From: a virus
Virus record (IMG/VR): IMGVR_UViG_3300013233_000137
Coordinates: 5,053 to 69,052 of that record
DNA length: 64,000 nucleotides
Reading direction: 5' to 3' (one strand)
Each line of letters starts with the position of its first letter. Position 1 is the stretch's first letter. Both the position numbers and the translations under genes were made by a program. Shown piece after piece: positions 27,668 through 37,700 of the stretch. Below the pieces are notes generated by a model. The model saw nothing but the letters and a program-made list of their open reading frames with translations, was not told where the DNA came from and searched no databases.

Positions 27668-27993
27668 GGTGGTGCCTACTGCCCTGGAAGCAAGTAGGTA
27701 AGATCGTAGGGGTACTCAACTTCGGTGCTGAGAAGTACGGCGATGACAATTGGAAGGAGGTTGAAAATGGCCGGCAACGGTACTTCTCCGCTGCCATACG
27801 TCATCTGAGCGCATGGTGGGAAGGGGAGTCTAAGGACCAGGAATCTGGGCTCCACCATCTCGCCCATGCAGGTTGTTGTATACTTTTTCTTTTATGGATG
27901 GAGGATTGCGATGAGACTATTAGCAATAGCCATGGTCATGACTATGGCTCTGATAGGGTGCCAGAATCAGGGTCAGAGGGCGTTGCCCTCTGA
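27631..27993 (+). CDS. dATP/dGTP diphosphohydrolase domain protein (DUF5664-like)
   Basis: KYDTGK, GAEKYGDDNW, AAIRHL, DQESGLHHLAHA. Confidence 0.85.
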   Translation: MRNGKKYDTGKLRWCLLPWKQVGKIVGVLNFGAEKYGDDNWKEVENGRQRYFSAAIRHLSAWWEGESKDQESGLHHLAHAGCCILFLLWMEDCDETISNSHGHDYGSDRVPESGSEGVAL

Positions 27994-28132
27994 GCAGTTC
28001 CAAATCATCAAAGGGGTTACGACCCTTGCCCAGCATGGCACTGAGATAGTGGAGCTGACCCTGCCCAAGGGATGTGTGATAACTGTTGAAGCCAAGAAGG
28101 AAAGGAGCAAACAATATGCCTCCATACGCTAA
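27911..28132 (+). CDS. Lipoprotein
   Basis: Signal peptide with lipobox LIGC. Confidence 0.6.
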   Translation: MRLLAIAMVMTMALIGCQNQGQRALPSEQFQIIKGVTTLAQHGTEIVELTLPKGCVITVEAKKERSKQYASIR

Positions 28133-28721
28133 GGTAGATTACTATATGTATAAGAACCCGATCTTCGCCGTGGATGTGGAGACCACAGGTCTCGACCCCA
28201 AGAAGCAGGATGTCATCCAAGTTGCTATACTGCCTTTGGATAGGGCATATAGACCAGATAAGTCCTATATGCCTTTCAATATGCATATAAAACCAATGAG
28301 ACCGGAGAATGCCACGGTACGTGGCGTATATAAGGAGAAGCTCAACCATGCCATCGTCAATGGTCTTGACGCCTTCCAAGCCGCCGACCTCTTGGATGAA
28401 TGGTTTGATAAATTGCATCTTGGTAATGGGGTCAAGATCACACCCTTGGGACATAATTATGGCTTCGATAAAGCCTTCCTAGAGGAATGGATGGGTAAGC
28501 TTAGTTACGATCGCATCTTCCACTATCAGTACCGCGATACCATGCGCACAGCTATATACCTAAATGATAAGGCAACGAGCAATGGTGACTCGTTGCCTTA
28601 CACTCGATTCTCGCTTAACGTCGTATCCAAGAGGCACTCGGTAACTAACCAACAAGCTCATGATGCCCTTAGTGATTGCGTCACGACTGCTGAGGTTTAT
28701 CATCGGATGATGGGTTACTAG
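28116..28721 (+). CDS. DEDDh 3'-5' exonuclease (DnaQ-like)
   Basis: DVETTG, HNYGFD, HDALSD. Confidence 0.9.
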   Translation: MPPYAKVDYYMYKNPIFAVDVETTGLDPKKQDVIQVAILPLDRAYRPDKSYMPFNMHIKPMRPENATVRGVYKEKLNHAIVNGLDAFQAADLLDEWFDKLHLGNGVKITPLGHNYGFDKAFLEEWMGKLSYDRIFHYQYRDTMRTAIYLNDKATSNGDSLPYTRFSLNVVSKRHSVTNQQAHDALSDCVTTAEVYHRMMGY

Positions 28722-29967
28722 TGGCCGGGATCACCCACTCCGGACTATAACGTCTTAGGTCTGTATCAAGCATCTTACGGTGACGTAAGAAACGTTCGGG
28801 CTTACCATGTTCTTCAGGTTTACTGCCTACGCATTCCGCGTAGGCAGTTTTCTTGTTGACACAGGCATCAAAGCATACCATACGAATCTTCGTAATGCCG
28901 AATACCTTACACAAACCAATAGCTATCTGGGCAGATAGACTAGAATCCCGTAGACCGAGGCTCACTGCCTTGTAGACCACGCGATTGGCGAAGTCCTTAC
29001 CACATTGGCTTGCCATAGTGCTTATGAACATCTTGGTCTTGGTCTTACTGGGAACACACTTCTCACCTAAATGGGAATCCTGCTGAACTACTATAGTGCT
29101 ATTAGGTAGGTCCAAGGACTCTACCTTATGGATCGCCTCGTTCAGGGCGATGATTGGGCCATCGACGATATCGGCAGCGGTAAGGTTGTCAAGACTAGGC
29201 CCTTTACCGATGATATTAGCTGTTTGTCCTTTGAAGATATCACGTAGCAGATCGAGGTCGGTATCCTTGACATCTGGATACCACTTCCGCTCATTGGGGT
29301 ATCTGGTGAGGTTGCTATCCATATATTCCTCGATAGCTTTATCTCTACGAACCAGATAAAATGTCCCATCAGCTAAGATACGTATCTTACTGGGCAATAC
29401 AAATCCGGTACTCATAATTTTCTCCTTAACCTTGTTTTTACGATATTTCCTACTTGCCTGGTAATGTGTTATCACGGGGTCCTTGATCTTTCGCATGAGG
29501 TCGAAGATCTTGATATACTTATCTGGCAATGGCTTGATACTCATCTGGGACTGGAACTTCGGGATCAAGGTCGCCATGACTTCCTGATCGAAGACCCTAG
29601 TATGCTCCTTCTGGAGCATTACCCATGCCTCAATGAACGGCATAGCATTACGGTTGAAGTATAGCGTCCCGGAAAGAGGCTCCTCACCGCGAAACTTGTA
29701 GTAGTGCATATCTCCGGTGAAGATATCCTCGGGCTTCCGATCGAAGATCGCATCGGCATCGACGTACAGTATCTTCTCGAAACGTTCGAGACAATGTAGT
29801 ATGAACTCGGGCTTTATAGCGCAATTCTCAATCCATAGTCCACGACTTGGATACTTCTTGATATAATGCTCGATGTCAAGATGTTTAAGACTCTCTTGAA
29901 GTGGCTTAACTACCTCCTCATAGTCTCCTTCCGTGTAGTAGGCACACACTGTATATGGTACGGTCAT
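28681..29967 (-). CDS. Two-domain glycosyltransferase (GT-A plus MAF/GT29-like domain)
   Basis: YVDADA (DxD), FDQ, HYQASR; C-terminal IIGKGPSL, IALNEA. Confidence 0.75.
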   Translation of the reverse strand: MTVPYTVCAYYTEGDYEEVVKPLQESLKHLDIEHYIKKYPSRGLWIENCAIKPEFILHCLERFEKILYVDADAIFDRKPEDIFTGDMHYYKFRGEEPLSGTLYFNRNAMPFIEAWVMLQKEHTRVFDQEVMATLIPKFQSQMSIKPLPDKYIKIFDLMRKIKDPVITHYQASRKYRKNKVKEKIMSTGFVLPSKIRILADGTFYLVRRDKAIEEYMDSNLTRYPNERKWYPDVKDTDLDLLRDIFKGQTANIIGKGPSLDNLTAADIVDGPIIALNEAIHKVESLDLPNSTIVVQQDSHLGEKCVPSKTKTKMFISTMASQCGKDFANRVVYKAVSLGLRDSSLSAQIAIGLCKVFGITKIRMVCFDACVNKKTAYAECVGSKPEEHGKPERFLRHRKMLDTDLRRYSPEWVIPATSNPSSDDKPQQS

Positions 29968-30896
29968 TAGATGAACTCCTTATGCTGTAACTCCTCGGTC
30001 ATATGCTGCAAACAGATGTTATAGTCATTATAGTAACACTTACTACAAATACTGCCATCGAAAACTATGCCAGGGGCATAGTCTTTCCACTTCATCATAC
30101 GGAATCGTTCTGGCATTGTGCGTTGTTCCTCGGTGGCATATTGAACACCACAACAGGGGTATACATACCCATCGACGTTGATCACTGGTTTCACCTGCCC
30201 AATTAGACAACGTTCTGAGCCTTGGGTGAAGATGTTGCGATACTGGAATATACCTTTATTAGATGTACAAACGCGTTTGACCTCGTCCATAGCTTGCATT
30301 GTATCTACATTATTGGCTGTCAGGATATCTGTCACGAAGCGTATATGTGTTATATTCGGGGTCAGCTTCGCGAGTTTATCAATAGCAATGACTGTAGTCA
30401 TATTGACATCTGGTGTTATGGTGAAGCTGACGCCTATATCGCATGTTAGATACTCACTTATCTTCGCTATTATCTCCGCGTCATAATAACCTTGGGTATT
30501 GAACACGGATATTCTTAGCCAAGTTAATGTTTGATTTAGTAAATCAAAATCTATGTGACCTTTCGAGATCTCAATACCATTTGTTACCATACCAATCTTG
30601 TAACCGCGATGCTCAGCGGTGATGAGAATACGATCGAAATCCTTATGCATCGTCGGTTCGCCACCACCTGTGATCGTGATGGCCTCGGCACCTAGCTTCT
30701 TGAAATGTGTCAAACAGTCCCTAATCTCGATTATGCCCATCTCAAGGGACCTATCGACCTCTGAGCAAGAACACCAAGAACATTTACCATTGCAATGATT
30801 AGTTGGTATCAACTGTATATGATACGGGCGAGGGACGAAGTCCTTAGAAACTAATTTCCAAGGCATCGTTCCGGCAGCCGTGTAATTCGTTAGCAT
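29967..30896 (-). CDS. Radical SAM protein with SPASM/twitch-like C-terminus
   Basis: CNGKCSWC, TGGGEP, DGYVYPCC, CSKCYY. Confidence 0.88.
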   Translation of the reverse strand: MLTNYTAAGTMPWKLVSKDFVPRPYHIQLIPTNHCNGKCSWCSCSEVDRSLEMGIIEIRDCLTHFKKLGAEAITITGGGEPTMHKDFDRILITAEHRGYKIGMVTNGIEISKGHIDFDLLNQTLTWLRISVFNTQGYYDAEIIAKISEYLTCDIGVSFTITPDVNMTTVIAIDKLAKLTPNITHIRFVTDILTANNVDTMQAMDEVKRVCTSNKGIFQYRNIFTQGSERCLIGQVKPVINVDGYVYPCCGVQYATEEQRTMPERFRMMKWKDYAPGIVFDGSICSKCYYNDYNICLQHMTEELQHKEFI

Positions 30897-31584
30897 ATTG
30901 GGCTCCTGGCCTGTTATTCCTAACTATAATACCCCTTCTAGCCTCGAATAATCTCTTATTATATTGCAAGGCCCTATGATTCCGTGAAGGGGCTCGACGG
31001 TCATGGAAGAGGTGGACGACCTGTTCTGGGATGGCACGGTAACTAGCTCCCAGGTCTAGGAGTCTAGTTACGAAGTCATCGTCATCATATCCTTGACCGG
31101 TGAAGTCCTCGTCATATCCACCTATCTCCTGGTATAGGGTCTTCTTCAGGGCCATACAGAATGGCAGTTTGGTATTCAATTGTGGTAGGAAGCTATAAGC
31201 TTCGGGGCATCCCTTCTTATATCTCTGGACATAGGCTAGGTACATGCCGTTATCATCCCTACCATTTGGGATCACCATCTCTAGGTCACCGACCTTGAGG
31301 TCGGCGAGCACATCTGTGGTGTGGTAGATCTCTGCACAACTGAGGACCACGGTCTCCCCGTCCGAGGCCGCGACACCCAGGTTGAAGGCCCAAGCTGGGC
31401 ATCTCCACTTCGTATTACCGGTGTAGAGGTAAGTGCAATCATACTTCTTAGCTATGGCTTCCGTGGACCCAGGAGGCCCGTCGTTAACCAATACTATTTG
31501 ACCTTGGAAGTATTCACGAATCCTCGGCAATGTTAGGTGTAGCAGATGATCTCGGTTGTGTGTCGTCAATACTATACTTATCAC
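30844..31584 (-). CDS. GT2/GT7C-type glycosyltransferase
   Basis: ISIVLTTHNR, VNDG, GGYDEDFTGQGYDDDDF, HLFH. Confidence 0.88.
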   Translation of the reverse strand: MISIVLTTHNRDHLLHLTLPRIREYFQGQIVLVNDGPPGSTEAIAKKYDCTYLYTGNTKWRCPAWAFNLGVAASDGETVVLSCAEIYHTTDVLADLKVGDLEMVIPNGRDDNGMYLAYVQRYKKGCPEAYSFLPQLNTKLPFCMALKKTLYQEIGGYDEDFTGQGYDDDDFVTRLLDLGASYRAIPEQVVHLFHDRRAPSRNHRALQYNKRLFEARRGIIVRNNRPGAQYANELHGCRNDALEISF

Positions 31585-31786
31585 AGTTCGTACACTCCCT
31601 ATTATGGAGACTACATAGTAGCCTCCTAACCTTTCGGCAACATCCCTTTGTTACTATTTTGCTAACAGAATATTTACACTTACGAAGTGTAAAGACAAAT
31701 GGGTCTTTCGTTGGCTGATAACCATCGGGACAAGCTGGTGGCTTGCCCCGATGGGGGAAGAATGCCTTATCACCTATTACTCGCAT
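31514..31786 (-). CDS. Cys-rich hypothetical protein
   Basis: ORF with PPACPDGY and GCC. Confidence 0.5.
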   Translation of the reverse strand: MRVIGDKAFFPHRGKPPACPDGYQPTKDPFVFTLRKCKYSVSKIVTKGCCRKVRRLLCSLHNRECTNCDKYSIDDTQPRSSATPNIAEDS

Positions 31787-32057
31787 CTAGCATCCCTTTC
31801 AAATCCTGGGCCTTGATAGCATAGTAACCGCCGAGGTCCATTGTCGTGTCGATATCCTTCTTGCCCTCGATAGTTACGGGGATCTTCTTATTCGTTGCTA
31901 TCTTGATCGCACCATGTAGTTCCTTGGGAATCTTATACTGACTGACGTAGATTACTCTAACCTTCTCCTTGATCCCGACGGTGCATCCAATCGCCATACT
32001 GACTATTGATAGCATCGCTAGAGCTAGAAGGCATTTCCTTAGTACCGGTATCTTCAA
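31770..32057 (-). CDS. Lipoprotein, o-spanin-like
   Basis: Lipobox AIGC; overlaps the upstream membrane ORF; near the holin-like gene. Confidence 0.5.
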   Translation of the reverse strand: MKIPVLRKCLLALAMLSIVSMAIGCTVGIKEKVRVIYVSQYKIPKELHGAIKIATNKKIPVTIEGKKDIDTTMDLGGYYAIKAQDLKGMLDASNR

Positions 32058-32151
32058 CTGTGACCTCCTTTGCTGGGGTTGATAGTGCCGCCATGATGAC
32101 CTTGGCTATGATGCCCTTGAAGAAGTTAAGTACCGCTAGGATAACTGGCAT
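31957..32151 (-). CDS. Small membrane protein, i-spanin-like position
   Basis: Hydrophobic N-terminus; overlaps the lipoprotein gene. Confidence 0.4.
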   Translation of the reverse strand: MPVILAVLNFFKGIIAKVIMAALSTPAKEVTVEDTGTKEMPSSSSDAINSQYGDWMHRRDQGEG

Positions 32152-32153
32152 AG

Positions 32154-32351
32154 TTACTTCCTCCTTAGCTTCCTTAGCGTCTTGGCGAGGTTGACACGCC
32201 TTGCCAAAGTGGTGTTACCAGTTTTCTTTGCCCTAGCAGCCAACTTCGTGAGGTTGAGCGTACCATTCTTATTGATCTCCTTCTTCTTAGCTGAACGTCG
32301 AAGGGCTCCGGGGTTCTTTATTGCTTGTTTGATGAAGTTCTTCTTAGCCAT
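32154..32351 (-). CDS. Small highly basic protein
   Basis: MAKKNFIKQAIKNPGALRR...LAKTLRKLRRK. Confidence 0.7.
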   Translation of the reverse strand: MAKKNFIKQAIKNPGALRRSAKKKEINKNGTLNLTKLAARAKKTGNTTLARRVNLAKTLRKLRRK

Positions 32352-32353
32352 GA

Positions 32354-32734
32354 TCACTTTCCTTTATGCTTAGACAACAACTGCTTCACAAGACTACTTA
32401 CCTTACGGGTGGTCCATGCCATAACGACATCTTTAGCGGGACCAGTGGCAGCTTCCTTAGCTATATTCCAAGCTGCCTGCTCAAGGTTCTTGGCCTCTTC
32501 CTTAGTGATCTTACCATCTGCTGCCGCTTTCTTCATGCCATTAGCGAAGGGCTGTTGCTCAGCCATACCCTCAAGCAGGGCCTCGATAGCCTTACGCTCT
32601 GCTTCATCGGCACCTAACTTGGTAAGCAATACTCCGATGTACTTCCTAACCAGCAACCACATGCCGCCAATAGCAAAGGCCATGATAACACTTGCACCCT
32701 GTACCCACCATCCTTGTACGATTGTTTCTTCCAT
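32354..32734 (-). CDS. Holin-like membrane protein
   Basis: Single N-terminal TM helix plus helical soluble domain. Confidence 0.45.
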   Translation of the reverse strand: MEETIVQGWWVQGASVIMAFAIGGMWLLVRKYIGVLLTKLGADEAERKAIEALLEGMAEQQPFANGMKKAAADGKITKEEAKNLEQAAWNIAKEAATGPAKDVVMAWTTRKVSSLVKQLLSKHKGK

Positions 32735-32744
32735 GACATTCTCC

Positions 32745-33260
32745 TCAGAATTCCAAACAATACAGATCGCCATCGACCTGTCTAGAAGTTATTGATGCCC
32801 CTAATAGCTGTTCATAATCAACTATACTACGTCTGATATAGTATACATCATACTGACTACCATCTCCAATGTCCTCGTAGATAAAGATCTTCTTCCCCAC
32901 TCGAAGCATCTCGGTACAAAGGATATCTGGGGCTACTGTAACGTGCTGTAAACAGGTTACTGTGAATACGATATCGAATTGATCAGTAATGTATGGCAGA
33001 AGATTATCGGAAATGATATCTACATTAGGTTCTTCGACCTCAGATAAGGCAACCATATTTGGGGAGATATCGCATCCCTTGGTATTAGGATATATCTTGA
33101 GGTTAATACCAGCTCCACATCCTACTTCAAGTATCTGACCTGTCCATCCTTGATTTAGTAAATCAGTTTGAACAATAGCTCTACGCTCAGAGGTGCCTCC
33201 GACCTTACCACCTGCTACGCAACTAGCTGCATAATCATCCCAATATTCTTTTGGTGTCAT
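32745..33260 (-). CDS. Class I SAM-dependent methyltransferase
   Basis: ILEVGCGAG, GCDIS, FDIVFT. Confidence 0.85.
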   Translation of the reverse strand: MTPKEYWDDYAASCVAGGKVGGTSERRAIVQTDLLNQGWTGQILEVGCGAGINLKIYPNTKGCDISPNMVALSEVEEPNVDIISDNLLPYITDQFDIVFTVTCLQHVTVAPDILCTEMLRVGKKIFIYEDIGDGSQYDVYYIRRSIVDYEQLLGASITSRQVDGDLYCLEF

Positions 33261-34051
33261 TATACTAGTCCTAACTGTTGAAATTTTACAACATGTTCAA
33301 GGTTATTATCTTTAATAACCTGATGATAACAAGTTCTTAATGATTGTCCAGGCGCAAGCTCATTATCATCATTAGAACTAGCTCGAACATATTGTAAATT
33401 TCTGAAGAAATCTTCACGTTCATATCTGTGTTTATATGCTAAAAGAATCTCCATTATTAGAGAAGTAGTCTTTCTATCCTTACTTCTAAATCTCTTAAAA
33501 GTTGTTTTGCCACCAGTATGTCTGAAGTAAGAGGATGCGCATCTAAGTATTTTTCCTCCCTTGGCTTTTACCTTATAGGCCCAATCCACTTCTTCAAAAT
33601 CACCCCCTAGCCAACCATTTCGTAGTCCTATATTGTAATCCCATTTTGATTTAGTAGCTGAATGATGGGTATCTATTAGCATACAAGCTGCTGGTCCATA
33701 AGGTATTTCATTATCTTGATTAGGATTTAATTCCAATTCTTGCATTGAATGAATAACTTCTTCCTCAGTACCCCATAACTCTTGTCCAAATACTAAGGCT
33801 GCATTATTATTTTGCATGGTGGCTAGCATTTTAGGTAGCCACTCTGGATCAATCATCTCACTATCATAATCAAGAAAACATACGTATCTGGTATCAATCT
33901 TTGAAAGAATCTTCTCTCTTGCTTCAGCAACATTGATTGATGGATCAATATCTATGAGGAGTTTGAAGCCCTTAGTATATTGATTTACTAAATCAACAGT
34001 TCTATCTAACTGTATAGACTCTTTCTCAACTGGAATTGCTATAGTAATCAT
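33260..34051 (-). CDS. GT2-type glycosyltransferase
   Basis: FLDYD (DxD), FEEVDW, FRH. Confidence 0.75.
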   Translation of the reverse strand: MITIAIPVEKESIQLDRTVDLVNQYTKGFKLLIDIDPSINVAEAREKILSKIDTRYVCFLDYDSEMIDPEWLPKMLATMQNNNAALVFGQELWGTEEEVIHSMQELELNPNQDNEIPYGPAACMLIDTHHSATKSKWDYNIGLRNGWLGGDFEEVDWAYKVKAKGGKILRCASSYFRHTGGKTTFKRFRSKDRKTTSLIMEILLAYKHRYEREDFFRNLQYVRASSNDDNELAPGQSLRTCYHQVIKDNNLEHVVKFQQLGLV

Positions 34052-34059
34052 ATTTGTCC

Positions 34060-34710
34060 TTAATACCAGAGATGGAGATTTGCCATAGATGCCCTAAAAA
34101 GTCTATGTCCTTTGTCTATATATGGAAATGTAACATTTCCATAGGTCAACCAAGTTAATAATTGAGTACCTGATAATGAGTTAATAACTGATGGATCAAG
34201 ATCAAGCATATAGTAATCTGGGGAACTATATTTATAAGGGTTTGAAGCAGCAAAAGGTATCTGCATGTCTATAGGAGCGGCTTCTAATGCACTTCCACTT
34301 CCAAAACTAACAGTCTCTGTAAATTTAAGATTTAACACATTTTCATTGATATCTGACCAGCCTGAACCTTGAATATATAAAGAATGATATCCTCGTATAG
34401 ATAACTTAGCTACTTGAGTATTACCTATTGCTGCTGGGGGTATATTGTATATACTATATCTACTAGACCTCTCACAAAATGCAAAATTATACCCTAATCC
34501 AGTGTATAAATTTAATAAATCACTATTGGCTCCGACCAAAGTAGTATCTGCTAAATAGGTATTGTAGGCATTGACCTGAGCATTAAGGGTATCAGCAGTT
34601 TGGTTCCCTGTTTCCTCTGTGTCTACGCCATAGTATTCCTGTGCAGTAGTAATACTTATATTGGAATACGTTAATCCTATAGATGAGTTTACGCTTCCTG
34701 ATAACATCAT
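34060..34710 (-). CDS. Hypothetical tail-associated protein
   Basis: ATGA overlap with the large tail gene. Confidence 0.6.
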   Translation of the reverse strand: MMLSGSVNSSIGLTYSNISITTAQEYYGVDTEETGNQTADTLNAQVNAYNTYLADTTLVGANSDLLNLYTGLGYNFAFCERSSRYSIYNIPPAAIGNTQVAKLSIRGYHSLYIQGSGWSDINENVLNLKFTETVSFGSGSALEAAPIDMQIPFAASNPYKYSSPDYYMLDLDPSVINSLSGTQLLTWLTYGNVTFPYIDKGHRLFRASMANLHLWY

Positions 34711-37700
34711 ACCTCCTGTGCTGTTAGAGTGAATCCCTTATTGCCTGTTCCACCAGATAAGGTGATGCTTACTATCTTCCTACCATTAGTCCATCCAGTA
34801 TTATCAGTTGAGGAAGGAGTAAGAATCTCTCCATTAAGTCCAGTACCAGATAGAGTGAAGTTTATATTCCCTGCAAATGTAGTATTAGCAGAGCCATCTC
34901 CATTTATAGCTTGAATATCTAGACTAAAGGCAGACCCTCTTGATATTGAACCTGGCATAGTCATGGCAAGATAAGGAGTCTCAACACCAACTACTACCGA
35001 GTCATTGAAGCGCGTCTCCTGATATAAGACCTCAGCATTGATGCGAATATTGGTTGCCAATCCGACATCGATCTCACATGTCGAGCAGGTCCACTCCCCA
35101 TTCTGCATATCGGCATAGAGGAACCCACCATAGTTACTGGCATTGGGGCCACCATCTAGCCAAGATAACAGGGTATTGGTGTCATCATCATAAGCCTCAA
35201 CACGAATAGTCTCGATATAACTGGTGTCTACCGTATCATCGGGGTTCAGAATCTGGATGGTGAGGGCGAAGTCCGTGGTATCCTCGATAGCACTTGGAGG
35301 AGTGATCTTAAGATAATCCTCATCGGCTGCCGACGTCTGACTGAAGGCCACGGTTGTTACCACCGTTACAGCAGATAACCCGGAGAGGGCGAACTGACTA
35401 CTCTGCTTGAAGACGTATTTATTCTGAGTTGTATCAACGGCAGTTAGAGTACCAACATCGGCACCATTACCGCCTTTGATATATGTACCTGAGAAGGTGT
35501 AACTACCAGAGCCATCAAGGGTCACTTGGGTTATGACACTGTCACTGCTATCATATAAGATGTCGGCACCATCTGAACTGGCGAGGATGATATCAATAAT
35601 CTCTCCAGCAGCTCCGCCTGTGAGGGTGTAATTGGCTATCACCACATCCCGGACCACGGTAGCAGGGGTGCCAACCCATGCTAAGGTATCCATCCTAGCG
35701 TCTATAATCGTGAAGCTCGAAGTCGTAGCCCCGGTATACCCGCCAGCAGCTACGGATATCGTACCGGCATCTGAGCCTGCTCCCGTGTTGATCTGCACAG
35801 CGGAGCTTGACCAAGTGCCATTGACGATGCTGATGTTAATGGTGTTGAGCACATCCCCGCCATCTGTGGAGGTAAGTCCAAGAGTAGCAGAGGTGCTTTC
35901 ATAGACAGTATTCCCAAGGCTATCTTTGATCCTAACGGCGAGATCGAAGGCGACTCCACGCTGTACCTCAGTAGGTTGAGAAGTGAACTCCAGTTCATAG
36001 ACATCGGGGTCTCCTTTTCCAGTACCAGTTCCAGTCTCGGGTTCACTAGTAGTCTGACCCTGAGTAGGTACGGTATAGTCAATCTGACTACGCCCAGCAC
36101 CTACATCACTTGGCATTGGGTTGCCATTGATAGCATGACTTGGGTCACCGGTGAAGTAGTTTAGATTCTCGGTCGGCTCCCCACTACTTGCATCCCCTGC
36201 TCTGGAGGCCATTTGCGCTTGGAGAGCAATCTCATTGTCAATTGGATTATGATTTACTAAATCAATAACGCCACGTATGGTATTCGCGCTGAAGATGCTT
36301 ACACCCATAGCTATGGGGTCGAAGGCCTCCAGAGCCAACTCCTCAAGGAAAGCTGTGAATGCCACGATACGCCAGGAATTGCTATAACGATAACCCCAGA
36401 AGGCTGCTGAGAGAATGACTAAGGACTCGATATTATAGATGTAGAAGTCCTTCTCCAGCTCTCGAAGGCCATAGGTGCTGACGTTATTGCTATAGAGATA
36501 TTGGGGCGTGGGTTCAGCCTCATAATCACGTTGCCATTTGGCGATGAGTTTGGTGTAGATATCCTCCGTAGAGGTGAAGCTAAGCTTCATGCTCTTCAGC
36601 AGGATGCTACTCTCATTGAGAGTAGCCACAGCAGTGGGTGTCTCACTGAGGTACTTAATAAACACCTCGCCATTAACGATATATAGAGCACAACGTGCTT
36701 GCCATGCGGTCTCCTCAATAAGGTCCAGAACTTCCCGCAAGTCGAATAGCGTGAAGCCCACTGGGTATCGACTGGTCTTGCTGGCAACGGTGTTGAAGCT
36801 ATTACTATCGGCGGTCAGCGTCGACCAGTTATTGATCAGATACTCGATGACCCTAGCGACATTTGGTCCAACTGTAGATCGCAAGGACACATAGACATCG
36901 GCCTCCCACGCCTCGCCGACGTAATCTTCAAGAGCAGTTGTGAACTCGATGCTCGTGACATTATAACCTGCCAAGGAGTTCGAGAGGTTGACCGTATAGT
37001 AACTACTCGGTATTGGTGCGAAGATCCTCTGTCCTCGATAAGTACGATGTCCATATACCTCTAGGACCTCTGTACTTGGAAGCAGATTCGCGATGTAGAG
37101 GTTATTGAAGTCAGCCATGTACTTGACCTCTGTACTAACAGGTATCACCCAACTACCCCGTAATACTACAGTAATACCTACAAGCTGCTCGTAGTCAATA
37201 CCATACCAAGTCGAATTATCCCATTTCGCTATGTGTTCGACAACATAGTTGACAGCCCATGAACCCCTAACTACTGGACATACCTCAGATATCGTGGAGC
37301 CAAAACTGAGTTTCACCTCCAAGGTTGTACTCTGAGGCCTCCAGGGCTGGATGAAATAACATTTATTACCTTCCTGCTTATAGCAGAGGTTGACCATCCA
37401 TCCATAGGTTGCATGGTTGACTATGCAGTATAGTCCAGGGAGCCTAACAGTGGTACCGGCAGTAAGCCAAATGACACTGGAATCATTATAGTTGGCGTCA
37501 TTCATTGGCCTATTGGCGATGACGACATTAGTATAGTAGGGAATGTTGCCCTCGGTGATCGTGAATATGTCATCGGTGAAACTACCATTGAAACGGATAG
37601 CTCCGACCTGAACCTGTATCGGCGTACTCTGAATAAAGGTCTCACCCTTCTCGACCTGGAACTGGGTGAAATTGGCATTGATGCCATAGGTCAAGGTTCC

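Noticed and set aside
14988-27993. Z-genome or 7-deazaguanine DNA modification system
   Set aside because: No PurZ, DpdA, FolE or QueC/D recognised in the window.
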